Source: Flaccisagitta enflata (Eukaryota). From it: a stretch of DNA of 64,000 bases. The DNA is taken from NCBI GenBank assembly GCA_965153355.1, contig OZ231126.1, forward strand, positions 12,152,001 through 12,216,000, in the 5' to 3' direction. The notes under the pieces are model-generated. The model did no database searches and was not told the DNA's origin. It worked only from the letters and a program-made list of their open reading frames with translations. Shown here one piece after another: positions 28,033-41,232 of the stretch (its first letter is position 1; each line of letters starts with the position of its first letter). Both the position numbers and the translations under genes were made by a program.

Positions 28033-29419
28033 GTAAGTGCTTTTTAACTTTGTTAGTTAACAAACTTATGGTGAAGTACTGAACTTATGGAGTTTCAAGA
28101 TTATCAAACGTTTCCTTGATTTCTTATCAGTCTGCAAGAAGTTGTTTGAGGTTTCAGCTTGCAGCACTCTGAACTGATAGATGAGCTCCTTGGGTTGCCA
28201 AGCTGATAGTTTCAAGATATGCTTGAAAAGTGAATTAGTCCGCTGAAGTTAAACCTGCTTCTTGCTTGCGGGCAACTCTTCATCCCGCTATGTCCGTCCA
28301 TTGGTTGGTCCCCTTTTTACTTTTTCGGCGTTTATGAGCGATTTAACCTCACTGCTCCTGCCAAAATGCCCTAGTGACCTTCTCCATCACTGCCCCTGCC
28401 CAAATGCATGCGACTAGGGTAGCCATGTATCTGGCCTTGTTGGATTGATCACTCAGCTTTTGGGAGGGAAACATTAGCTGAATGAAAATTAAGCTTAGTT
28501 TTACATTTTACTTTTTAGATTTTACATTTTTACAGTACTGCTGTTTCTGCTTGCTTGACATAGATTTGACAGCAAGATGTATAGACTAGTTGGAGGATCC
28601 ATAAAAAAGCGCTGAAAAAAGCTATTACTGACAAGAACATTTCCAAGCACATGTAATAATCATTAGGTCAAGCCATTCAAGTAATCAGCGCTGAACATGT
28701 CCGGAAACTGGCCACCTTGATTTTACAAGATCAATTTTCACGACTATTGCAACGCTGAATGTTACTGAATCCTTTTCATTGAGTCAAAATTTTAGTTTTA
28801 TGTCCTCCCTCCAAATTAGTGCAATATCGCATAAGGTTCATTTAATATTGTCCACCCTTCTCACTCTGTGAAATCCTTTCAGCAACTCTTTAAAAATGCC
28901 GCACCTTTGTTTTCAGCGCGCACTGTCTCGGTTATTTTTCTAAACAATAGCCGCAACGCTCAATGCGAACTGACACGCCTAGCGCGGGTGTTATTTTTGT
29001 TCCCAAATGCCTTTGAAATAAGTCGAGGGGTGGCCCAGCGCTGGGTGTCCTTTTGTATTATTATAAAGAAAGCGCTGTTTCTCCCTAATTACGAACTTTT
29101 GTTGACAGCGCTTGCACGCTTTTTCTTCGTTCCATACTTCACGGTTATGAGTATAAATATGAAGGTATATACCGGTCTTTTGTATCTTCATCAATTAGAG
29201 AAGAGAATACCTTTTGTGAAGGTATGAGGTGATTGATGGCATTTTCCCCATGCCGTGAATGTTGGGCAGTCTCCCAACACATTCAAGGTCTGTCTCTGAG
29301 AGAAGTCATTAGTGATGTAAAACCATACCTGGTTTCAAAACCCTAACAATAGAAGCAAACTAATTTATCTTTTCCCTTGTCTTTTTCCCCCTCCAAACCT
29401 TTTCTCTGAAATTTTGCAG

Positions 29420-29431
29420 GACTTCATATCG
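29420..29431 (+). CDS. sowah: sowah 12-nt microexon (DFIS)
   Basis: Long pyrimidine tract, ttttgcag|GACTTCATATCG|gtgagt; supplies the DFIS of the SOWAH KDFISG(F/Y)TALHW motif. Confidence 0.88.
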
Positions 29432-29858
29432 GTGAGTACAATCCAAACCAAACATTTCTCCTTATTTCAATTTACATTTTCATTTCTTAGCTTAGCTTGT
29501 TTTCTGCTTTGAATTCAGACATTTTCGACATGTTTTTATCATATTTACTCCAAAAGAATTCCTAACGGAATTATGCAAATATACCTCTTTCTTTGAGGCT
29601 ACTCCTGAAATAGGAAATGGAAGTTGTGCTGAGGTTTTGGTTTCCCCGATTGTTTCCATCTTTTTGTCACGAATAAAGGTATCTCCTGTCCCTCCTCCAA
29701 TTGTCTTATCCATCTATTCTTGTTATCACGCCGATGACAAAACAGCTTGAGACCCTCATGCCCGCGTCAAAAAGGATCCAGCCTTCTGAAAACGCGGTCC
29801 TTCACCGCCCTCCCCTTTCTCTGTGTTACTGTGCCTCTGTTTAACATAGACTCGCCTC

Positions 29859-29908
<50 letters not shown>

Positions 29909-30000
29909 GTCATTGCTTTTGTTGCTATCCCTCCCCTTTGTTCCGGTCTTTTGGCCGGATCATCACCGGAAAATAGTCGCGGCAGTAAAAAAGACGATGA

Positions 30001-30084
<84 letters not shown>

Positions 30085-30659
30085 AGAGAAAAAGAAAGAA
30101 AGAAGATGAAAAACAAAGGCAGGTTTTGGGAGAGATTCTCGCCTGAAAAATTCCTCCAGCTTTTGTTAGGGAAAATGAGCTCTGAAAAGCGGGATAGAAT
30201 CAGAAAGAAAGACTATAAGAGAAGAAAGAGAAAAACACAAAAAGAGACTCAAAGTTCTTTGAAAAAAAATTGAATTTTTCGCTCATCCCTCAATTTCACT
30301 CTTCAACTCCTACTCCACTCTCCCCCCCCCTTTATTCTCACCCCTTTCTACCACTCCTCTATCTAGTTCACTTTCTCCCCTCCACTGTGCTCTCATCATT
30401 TCTAGTTCTACCTCTCTTCCTATCTTTTTCTTTGCCCTTTTCTTTGTCTTACCCAGTAAGAAGCTGTACTCCCCTAAACTCATTGAACCCGTTACAAATC
30501 AAGCCTTTGTGGCAATCAACGTAAAAGAGCCATTTGGTGACTTTTTGGTTTCTTCAATTTGTATTATTTTAAACATCTCCCATATTGATAATAAAAACTT
30601 TTTCTCCCTTTTTTAACGCATCGTCGATATTTCAACTTGGAATTTACCTCGAATCTCAG

Positions 30660-30662
30660 GGC
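30660..30662 (+). CDS. sowah: sowah 3-nt microexon (GGC, Gly)
   Basis: gaatctcag|GGC|gtaagt with an upstream pyrimidine tract near 30598-30614; supplies the G missing after DFIS. Confidence 0.78.
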
Positions 30663-31097
30663 GTAAGTACCAAAATCAGTGTCATTGATAATTATGTTAT
30701 ATGGATGCATGGTTAGAAACTAGAATGTTGGGATCTATTTTTGTGTTTTTTTTTGTTAATCCGGCGTTTTCATGTGTGTGGTCGAATTTCTTTCTTCCAC
30801 TTCCTCTTTATATTATAATCCCCGATAAATACCCACTAACAAGTAACATTGTCCAATTTGACTTGTATGGTTGGGTAAAACAACTTAGGCGATGATGTTC
30901 TGTCGCTCCTTCATTCAAATGCTTGCTCAGAGATAGTAATCAAGATGTCGTACAATGGCCTATGAAGGGGAGGAAAGGCACGCGAGTGGAGGAGGAGGAG
31001 AAGGAGGAGGAGGAGAAAGTGTGATAAGATGAGATGAGAGGAACCACCGGAAATTAACTCCGGTCTTAAAGAGCCAGTCTCAAACGCTCTCAATCGA

Positions 31098-31140
<43 letters not shown>

Positions 31141-31496
31141 TTTCTCTTCTCTTGTTCACACAAAAACACACATTCTTAGGGGTTAATATTGAGTCAGTGA
31201 ACTCTTGTGCCAAGAATTGGGTGTGGAGAAAATGAGATAGAACCGGTGTTTTTCTTCTAGTGTGATGTTTTCCTTCACTTGGATAACATCTTAACTTTGT
31301 AGAACCGCGGTGCTGATATCCTTTGGAAATGGTTGGGTCTTAGGTATAAAATATCATTTATCTTTGCATGTTGTGTGGACTTTGTTGGTAAAAATGCGGC
31401 ATTGTGTGCAAGATTTGAGAGTAAGCAAAGCTATTGAATTCAATGTTTTCTTTTCTTTCTTTTGGCCCATTTCACTTCATCATCTACGTCGAGCAG

Positions 31497-31499
31497 TAC
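31497..31499 (+). CDS. sowah: sowah 3-nt microexon (TAC, Tyr)
   Basis: gagcag|TAC|gtaagt with an upstream tract ttttcttttctttcttttgg at about 31446-31465; supplies the Y missing before TALHW. Confidence 0.78.
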
Positions 31500-32906
31500 G
31501 TAAGTACCTTTTCATTTTCTTAATTCTATTTCAACTATTCGATTTAGTAAGTTCGCCACTTTGAATTAATTTTGGATGCCATTATTAAATTTTGCATGCA
31601 AAAGTAATTGCATTAGTTTTGGGTATTGGTGTTGTATGTACATCCAAACAACATACTGATGCTGTGCGCAATTATGCCCCCTACAGAAATTTATGGCTAA
31701 AGGTTTCTCATGACTAATGTTAAAAAAAACACTGTTTTGACTAGCAAAACTAAGAACACAACTTAGTCACTTAGCTTAGTTTAAGGAACAACACTGGTTT
31801 TTTTCTGATTTTTTTTTTTGGTGTGTTTCAGTTTTGTGTTTCAGTTTGTTTGGGCTTTGTTTGAGTTTGTTAAGCCTCCGTAGACGCCGATTTGCGAGAC
31901 TATACCAAGTCTTACCTTTTGCTTAGTCAACGTGCTAAACCCACTCGTTCGGTGATTAGGTTGTCCCTTATTGACTAGTTTTTCAGCTATTTGATATAAT
32001 TTATTTTGAACTTGCAGCAGTTGAGGTCGTAAAATTGATTATCAAACTTGCTATTAATCAAGTAAAAATAGAATGGGGGGAGGGTATTTGTAGTTATAGA
32101 AAGAAAATTGATTTGAAAACATGTAGCTTATTTTTTTTCAAGATAGGTATTTCAATTTTGATTTAATATCCAGTAAGTTTTTTAAGTTCATGTATAGCAA
32201 TATTACTTTTGTATTAAGCAAAAACATCTGCCAATTGAACCATTTGGCAACAACCTACTTCAAGTACACCTACCCTTCGATTCTTCTCTCCCATTCTGCC
32301 GTCTTTGGCTTTTTCTCTGCCGTCGCCTAAGCGGAAAACGTCAGTCGATTTTCCCTTTGGCAATTGTTCTTCCTAATCTCATCCTCTGCCAATTCCATTC
32401 ACATAGACTTGCAGTATGTTGTTAAATGTGTTGCCGGGCGAATTCTTTTTTTTTTTACCTTACCCCTTCTCTCTCTGCTAGGAAGGAAAAGGTTGGATTC
32501 CTTTCTTCGTCTGTCTGTCTGTCTGTCTCTCTCTCTCTTCATTCTATATATCATCTTTGCCCCAGCATTTTCTGGCTTGTGGAGGGAATTATCAGTTAGA
32601 TGACGATGCACTTCCAACATCGGAAGAAACTGTTTGGTCTGGTTTTCATTTTCGCGGTTGGGAGGTAAATCATTCCACTGACTTGAGTTGGGTTTCACAT
32701 TAGTTGTAAATCGATATCAGACATGTTACAACTTACAACATGCTTTTGCACGAAGTTTTATTTTGTTCCCTTGGCCACGGTTCACGTGTTTGTTCATCAG
32801 TCCAGCATTTCAACTGATCATCTCTATGGCCATCCTATTCATCCACCTTCACATCTGTCCAATGCGTAAGTTGCCTGTGTCTCGTGGCCTTGCCATAAAA
32901 TCCGAT

Positions 32907-32952
32907 TGAATTTCAAATTCAAATTCAAATTCAAATTCAAACAGTTTATTTC
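32907..32952 (-). mobile_element. Probable 3' tail of a LINE-type retroelement
   Basis: Minus strand reads AATAAA-ctg-(TTTGAA)n, a poly(A) signal followed by a short tandem tail. No reverse transcriptase ORF is recognisable. Confidence 0.45.
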
Positions 32953-34823
32953 CCAACATGAACAGTGGTTAAGATTGATGAGTACAACGTTTTGTCGGGG
33001 AGGACTATGACTAAGCCACCAATGTCTAGGTCTAATTACGTTACAATTTTTCTTTTCCAAATTACCGACGGGCTTGCTCTGGCTAGCCCTCATATTACAA
33101 AATTTTCAATAATTGGTATTCTTTAAAAAAAAAGAAAATACAATCAATATACATAACAAAAACGTACAAATACGTTAGATTAAAGCACTAACAAGAAAAA
33201 GTCGAATAAATATTTATACAAGGATGGTATATGTTACCATGTAACAATAAAAAGTAATAAATACTGAGTTACGAGTATTGGAGATTCAGAAGAGAGTTGG
33301 TTGTTGCTTGTGGGATGTTGGTAATTGGATGTTACTTTTCTTTGAGTTTGTGGTGAAGCGATATCAGAGCCAGGTGTTCCTGAGGAGGAAAGATGGAAAA
33401 AGACCAGAAAAAGCACCCACAGGAAGATCCCCTACTTCAAGGGGGGGCAACAGTGCGCAGTAGTTATATATGATATGGTTTGATAAGTCTCAATTCAGTT
33501 ACGCAGCTTTCTAGACAATCCATCTTGCCAATAGAGATTATAATTGCAAAATCAGCAAAGGAATAAAATCATAATGAGGATAGACACAGATACCAATTAA
33601 TATTTGAGTCACATGAAGATCAACAACACACTTTTCTGTTACTGTACCGTTTAAATGATGAGCTGCTAGGGACGCTGTTTGAAAAAACAAACAGGTATAG
33701 CAGGGAATAGTCCGTCCTATTCAGGACACCCACTTGAGTTTACTTTTACTTGGACAAATTGAGTTTCATAATATGACAAGAGGGCTTATAGTTTGACAGG
33801 ACATGGCCCGTGAGGACCAGGAACTGTCGGGGTGCCATCAGGATGCAAGCATCCAGATAGCTAGAATATCAGAAAATGTCAGTTTTAACGAGCTTATTGT
33901 GAGTAGGAATTAGAAAGAAAAAAAATTTTGGCCTATTTATACCTAACAAAACCTAGCCTAGCAAGACCCTAACCTAACCCACATGTGTCTGACAGCCAAT
34001 CCGGGGTGAGAACGACAGCACAGTGGGCCCCTCTGCAGCTTTGCTATGCTCACATGTGCACAATACAAGAACAAACAAGTAGGAAATCTTCTGTGGAGGG
34101 ATTTAAATGAGAAATTCAACATTTGGCGGTTGTTAAATTCTGTCGCTGCCGGTCGCACGATCTCTTCCAAACCGAAATTTCGCCTCCTTTGACACAAGCA
34201 ACGCGACCTCAATCTGCACGCTACCTGTAGCAACGCTATCTCGGTCGGCACGCCACCTCAAGCTACGCAGCTTGCAGTCTGCACACCACTTGTAGCAACG
34301 CCGTCTATTGCAGGGTCTTCACAAGCCAAATTCTATGCCTCCACTCCACCCCATCGTCTTTACATCGCTTGTACCTTCCTTCATCCCTTTTACTTCTCAT
34401 CTTAGTAAGCCTGTCTCATCTGTCTATTTTCCAACGTCTTCAATCAATTAGCATTCCACTTGTACAATTATCTCAATCAAATTTTCGAATTCCTCTCGAC
34501 GCGCCGAGAGTGTTGGCAATGCACAACCGCTACCACCGACCCACCAGTGGTATTCACCACCACCCATACACCACTTGCTCACACATTCTGTTGCAAGTCG
34601 ATCCATACCTTCCATTTTATTTTTCCGACGTTCATCCACCGTCACCGCGTCCTGCCTGTGCGGCCGATTGCTGCCGATTGCCGATTGCCGCCGCCGGCGC
34701 TGAAGCCCAACGCCATCCGGCCTTTCCGCTCGTTTTAATTCTGATTCGCGATAAATCCTTCCTAAGCTACCCTCGATTGTCCATATTCTGCATGAGACTT
34801 TGATATCGCCTTTTCCTTCATAA

Positions 34824-34854
<31 letters not shown>

Positions 34855-35028
34855 GTGTCCGGGCGGACGGCGTTGGTTTTCCACGACGTCGCCGTCAAAC
34901 TCCTCCTCTTCCTCATCTTCCTCCTCATTCTGCGCCGTCAAAGTCACGTGCGTATGTCCAAACAAAGACCACAGAAAACCGATGAAGAAATTGGCATGGA
35001 AAATAGAGGAGCCATGAAAGAGGAAAAA

Positions 35029-35755
35029 CAGGTCGCCCAAGGGCAATATGTGGTCAGCGATACCCGTTGCCCTGCTTTGCATGATTGTGAATTTGTGTGA
35101 GGGGAAGCAGGGCAGCGGCCCCGAAGGGGACGAAGTCCTGTAGAACACAGGGGGACTTTCGTTCGTCCTGCCTGACAACATTGATGAGATGCTATAGTGC
35201 ACTGATTTAAAAAAAAAAAGAAAGGCTTTCCCAGCTTATATGGCAATCAGGTCTGATTTGAAGCCTGACAGCGCTACTTTGAGGCCTGTGAGCCCTAATT
35301 TGAGGCCTGAGAGGGCTAATTTGTGGCCTGAGAGGGCTACTTTGAGGCCTGAGAGGGCTAATTTGAGGCCTGAGAGGCCAGGTTTAAGGCTTCACAGGCT
35401 GTATTTGAGACCTGAGAGACCAGATTTGAGGCCTGAGGGGCTGGATTTGAGGCCTGAGGGACCAGATTTGAGGCCTGAGGGGCCGGATTTGAGGCCTGAG
35501 GGGCCAGATTTGAGGCCTGAGAGGCCGGATTTGAGGCCTGAGAGGCCGGATTTGAGGCCTGAGAGGCTTGATTTGAGGCCTGAGAGGCCGGATTTGAGGC
35601 CTAAGAGGCCAGATTTGAGACCTGAGAGGCTGGATGTGGGGTCTGAGGGGCCTGATGGGGGGGGGACGAACGGACGAACGAACGGACGGACGGACGAACG
35701 AAAGTCCCCCTGTGTTCTACAGGACTTCGTCCCCTTCGGGGCCGCTGCCCAAAAA
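35029..35755 (-). mobile_element. Minisatellite-carrying element with 21-bp array
   Basis: Inverted repeats at about 35111-35168 and 35692-35750 flank (gaggcctgagaggccggattt)n; the tail matches the reverse complement of 6020-6102. Confidence 0.85.
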
Positions 35756-36924
35756 GGAAAGGTGCATTCTAGGTGGCAAAAGAAGGGGAAAAGATGGAAG
35801 GGTGCAGAAGGATGTAGGGGGGGGGGTTAGGGTTGAGGGTGAATTAAGGAGAGAGGGATAAGGAGGAATAGGAGGCGATTATGGAGGAAGGAGTGAGGAT
35901 TGACATGACATGGAGAAAAATTTACCATTTCGAAAAAAGAGGGCCGTTGAAATAACGAGTAACGCGGGGTTAAAATATCGCCGCGGACGGTTGGATAGGG
36001 GCACACAATCCTTATTCCTCACACACAAACACATGTTGGAGTGGAAATGTGCGTTTCTTCACTTTTCGACTCGGGCCAACAGACGGACAAAGTCTCTTGT
36101 AGAGTCGCGACTTACAGTAATTTGACCAAGGAATATGGGTACCATTGTATGACTTGTGCACCATTACATCAAAACAAAACAAAAAGAATAAGGACGAGCC
36201 TTGGGAGCTCTTACTGGTGTTTCATGCGCACCCCTCACAACTACCCTTAGAATTATCAAAAATCCATCTCAACCCTTACCAAAGGGCAACTCAATGGACA
36301 CAAATCAACAGCAAGAAAAACCTATGATTTTCAGCTTTTCATGAGATGTGCAAGTGACAAGAAAGAGTACCAGATATCTGTGTTGAACGCCACTTCATTC
36401 CTCACACCTATCTAATCTTCCCATTGTTAAATGCTCAAAACATCCATAACATTAAATTAAGATCTTTCCCACTAACTGAGAATAATCCACCAAGTCACTC
36501 TGAGTCAACCCCAAAATCTCAAATATAGTAATCATAGTCCAAATTTGAGAAAAACAAATTACCAAAGGATAAGTTGTGTGATGGCACCCAAATTCCATGC
36601 CCAAATTTCTTGGCCTTTTTATCAATAACGAGTCCATGATTGATTTCACAACATATTCATTAGAACATATTCATTAGAACATATTCATTAGAATCTGATT
36701 TAGATATTTAACAATTTGCCCTGTCGGTATACTATTAAAGCTTACATGATAACATATTGCTTACACAAAGTTGGAAGGATTTTGTCCCGCGGATCCTTGA
36801 AGCGCACTTCATCAGTGACGTGAACGCCATTTCAAACCCTTCATGAATCATGACCTTCTGCATCTCTAAAGGGACCAAGTCTGATATTCAGAAAGAAAGG
36901 AGAGGGAGAGGCAGACAAAGTTGT

Positions 36925-37023
<99 letters not shown>

Positions 37024-37122
37024 TTCATCTCATCTCCGCGCTCATTTGGGTTTGCATTAAAGGGGCATTCCACAATGAATTCATTCAAGTTGAAGAAGGC
37101 GTGAAAAAGGGCGGTGAGGGGG

Positions 37123-37159
<37 letters not shown>

Positions 37160-38110
37160 CGTCTTCTTCCTGTGTCCCACATCAGGTTTCACATCCTTTT
37201 TTTGTCTGTCCGTCTCTCACATCCAGCTGAAGGTGAAGAAGAAATAAAAGGGGGGTTTGTTGAATCGTGGTGACAAGGGGAATAGAGAGACCACAAGTTT
37301 TGACACGAACAAAGCCTGTCTAACAGCCGTTGCAACATGATCAATGCACCTTAATTCCAATGGCAAATAAACTGGTGACGATGGATGGAAAGAAGGAGAT
37401 CTTTGGTTGGGATTAAACGTGTTATCCTCTCGGGTCACCAATGGGCATGAACCCTCCAAAACGAAAGCGCCTTTTTTCCTCTCCATTTTCTATTTGTTCT
37501 TTATGGGAATGAAAATAATATAAGGGTAAAAAGGATTAATATATCCGTTCTCTGCTGGCTATGACTCTTTTAAACTTATAGGTTATTAGACTGGAAATTG
37601 TGTATTGCGGACTCTACACCTTGCCGTGTTGGTCGGTCGGTCCATTACAATCCTGAATTGGGAGCGTTTTTTGCATAACTGCCCCTGCCCATCCGACCGC
37701 CATTGTGGTGCCGTGTTTTCGATTTTTTTTAGTTGCTGTCTCTCTTTATCCTCCCATCCGTCATAACTTCCGATGGTGTTTCTGTTACTGTTAGCCATCT
37801 GAAATGCGTGTGTCCAAAAGTGTGAGAATGTATTTTATGCCACTGTCGGTGACGTCATTGTAATCCCACGTAACATGTTTCAAAGACTATGTACATGTTT
37901 TTGACCTTGACAACAACATAGATGTCGTAGATTGCCCCCTTGGTTACACACGAAACCTGATAATGATTGACATTGATTTGATGTTTTATTGTTTATATAT
38001 TCAAGAAGAAAAGAACCCCATTTTAGTCAGTTTAAATGATGGATGGTTAGAATCCTTTTTGTAGGCAACTTTAGCTTTACAAGAACGGATATTTTTTGCT
38101 CACCCGCCCC

Positions 38111-39898
38111 CGACACGCATCCCAGGAACAAACCCTTGGTGGAAAAAAAAGGCCAAGTGTTGTGAACGCTTTAGGCATGTTGTTCATTGTATTAGGTATA
38201 AATAAAGCCAAAAATAAAATAAATTGGCTTGGAAATATGGCATTTGTAGCTTAATAACCGCAAAAATAAACTGTTTTTAAGTATTTTTTAAGTAAAAATA
38301 GTTGAACAGTGTTGCAATAGCTGCTGTAATAATGTTTTTACCCCTTCCAACTAGTTCAAAGGCATCTTTTACAAACTGAAGCAAAAAAAAACTACCAAAA
38401 AAAAAAAAAACAACTAAATACAGGCCTTTTTAGCATTTTTTTTTTTGTTATTTTGAAGCCCTGATTTACATTCTGTCTCTTTAATCTATTTGTCAGATAT
38501 TCAAATATGAGTATTTTTACTGTTATTATACATTTTTTGTTTTTTAGATGCGTCCTCGCATCTCTATAAGAGGGTATGTCCCTTGGTAGGTAGGTCTGAA
38601 TGTCTGTATGAAATAGGAAAATTTCAAAACGCTATTTTCCAGGTTTTCTCTTCATTTCTCTTCATGTATCTTCTTGTCTCTTATATTTCTTTTGTCTCTT
38701 TCATCTCTTTTGCCTCTTTTGTCTCTTTTGTCTCTTTTGTCTCTTTTGTCTCCTATATGTCTCTTATGTCTCCTATATGTCTCTTATATCTCTTGTATCT
38801 CCTATTTTTCTTATGAATCTTAGGTCTCTTATGTCTCCTAAGTCTCTTATGTCTCTTATGTATCTTTGTCTCTTTTGTCTCCTATATATCTCCTTTATGT
38901 CTCTTAAGTCTCCTATATGTCTCTTATGTCTCTTATATCTCTTATATCTCTTATATCTCTTATATCTCTTAGGTCTCTTAGGTCTCTTAGGTCTCTTAGG
39001 TCTCTTAGGTCTCTTAGGTCTCTTATGTCTCTTATGTCTCTTATGTCTTTTATGTCTCTCATGTCTCTTATGTCTCTTCATGTCTCTATATGTCTCTTAT
39101 GTCTCCTCATGTTTCCTCATGTTTCCTCATGTCTCTTCATGTCTCTCCATATCTGTCCATGTCTCTCCAAGTCTCTTCATGTCTATTCGTGAGGATTAGG
39201 TGGGGGGTGTGGGGAGGCGTGGGGAGGGGTAGGAGGCGTGGGGAGGCGTGGGGAGGCGTGGGGAGGGGTGAGGGAGGGAGGAGGTGGAGAGGTGGGGAGG
39301 GGGGGAGGGGAGAGGGGGTGGGGAGGTGGGGAGGGGTGAGGGGGGGAGGCATGGGGAGAGGGGAGAGAGGAATCAGTTTATATTTTACTCTTTATCTCTG
39401 AATCTTTATATTTCCATATCATTATATCCTAATATCTGTATATCCTAATAATTTGTATGATAATATCTTACGTCTAAAGAGGACGCATCTATTGGACATC
39501 TCTTGGCCTTGTTTTTATATTTTTTAGAAATAGTATTTGTGATTTTCTGCTAAAAAACCTTTTTAGCTGTTTTTTAGCTTTTCTTTTTTTGCTTATTGGG
39601 TTGATATCCCTCAAAACTAGTCTTATAGGGAAAAATCATCTTTACAGCAATGATATCCACACTGCACAGTAGTTTTCTATAGTTTTTGAAAGTGTAACTA
39701 TCTTATTTAGCATGAAAAATGCTTAAAAATGCATTATTTTGGCTATTATTAAGCTATAAATACTATATTTCCAAGCCAATTTTTTTTATTTTTGGCTTTT
39801 ATTGTACCTAATACATTGAACAACATGCCTAGCAGGTTCACAATGCTTAGCCTTTGTTTACCACCTAGGGTTTGTTCCTGGGATGTAATGCGTGCCGA
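38111..39898. mobile_element. Long-TIR foldback element with nested HINE-like element (38545-39512) carrying 9-bp (tgtctctta)n and G-rich arrays
   Basis: Arms catcccaggaacaaaccc...ttggcttggaaata and tatttccaagccaa...gggtttgttcctgggatg; the nested element starts ttagatgcgtcctcgcatct (as at 12310) and ends gaggacgcatct...ggccttgttt. Confidence 0.75.
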
Positions 39899-40969
39899 CT
39901 GGAGTCACTTATCACAGACACGGAGACACCTGAAACTGATGAAAAGTAAAATTGGTTTAAAAATGACTTAGATAAAAGGTTAAGATGAAAAAAAATCATT
40001 CAACATTGAGACTCTCACGCTTTAACTAAGTGACGTTTTTGAGAAAATGGAAAAAAATCGAATTGACACTACGAGTTTTTCTCAGGTCTACCAAGAGTGA
40101 CGACGAAGACGATGACGATGACGACGACGGGGAAATGTCAAGCCAAAGAATTTCGGGGGATAAGGAATGATTTTCCCGCCGCCTTTTGCGTCTTTTTCCT
40201 TTCTTTTTGTCTCTTGTTTAAATGAAAATGAGCTCAAAACTTCTTTTTTTCTACGCCAAAGTGGGGAAGGTGAGAAAAAGTGAAGAAATGAGACTATCAT
40301 TCCTTACCTTTTTATCCTTTCTTTGTGCAAATGTGCCTTTTCTTTCGTCCTATTTTGGGAGGGAAAATTGCGCGACTAAATCGCTTTTAAAGGATAAATT
40401 TTCTCTGTTTGTCACATGGGCGATTTAGGGTTATCTATGCTAAAGACAGAAAACGGTGATGTAGTCCGCTGTATCGTTGCTCTTATACAAATACTCTTAG
40501 CATTAAATTCTTCAAAGCACTGAATGATGTATACCTTGTATGGTTTTTTCTCATGAACTTGGTAAATGAAAGTAAATGTTCAACAGAAAAGTAATTTTTC
40601 TGTCTCCACTTCTTCGACACTTTGTTGGGACTTAAACCAATTTGCATGCTACTTTCCTTTTTCACGCTTCCAATGATCGGGAAAAATTGCTTCCATTTTC
40701 CTTTTACATATGCGCATTGGGACACATTTGACTGTACACATCAACTTTTGAAGTTTTTTTCTAAAATTTTGATCGTATGAAAAACTAGCACATTAGTTTC
40801 AGCATGACAAATTCATCAGTTGCCCATATAGTGATTCAAGGCAATATTGCATTATTTCATTTTTAACACTTTCCTTAGACTATTATTCAATTTGTAGTGC
40901 AACTTTGTCTATTGTTTTATGATAAACTAAAAATAACTTTTTATAGGTGAAGTGCAGGCGTTCATAAAG

Positions 40970-41232
40970 TTGATTATTCCCCCCCCTGGTGGGGGGAATA
41001 GAATTAAAGGGTGAGAAAAAAGAAAAAACAAAGGTTTAGAAGATTTTACAGTTTGGCAGTTCCAATACTTACAGCCTTAGTACAACACTATTTTACGCTA
41101 TTCTGACTATAATCATGCTATATTTATACTCTATGGGGTAGAAAATCAAACAATTTTTTAACCGGGTGGGGAATGAAATCAAAGACAAGGGGTAAAGGAA
41201 AGAAATCAAAAGCCGCTCAACTGTATACACCC
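40970..41232 (+). mobile_element. Short interspersed element, second copy at about 47320-47610
   Basis: Both start with a hairpin ccccctggtggggggg and share ggcagt.ccaa.t...ggggaggaaaatca...tataca.ccct. Confidence 0.6.

Noticed and set aside
28868-29227. 119-aa ORF and antisense 67-aa ORF
   Set aside because: No recognisable domain or compatible splice sites; other frames contain multiple stops.
35240-35830. 196-aa RPERPDL repeat ORF and similar ORFs at 3735-4507, 5441-5801 and 63659
   Set aside because: Translations of 20/21-bp arrays inside interspersed elements found in both orientations.
38773-39401. KRH/LLG and Gly/Pro-rich ORFs
   Set aside because: 9-bp and G-rich arrays within a nested element.
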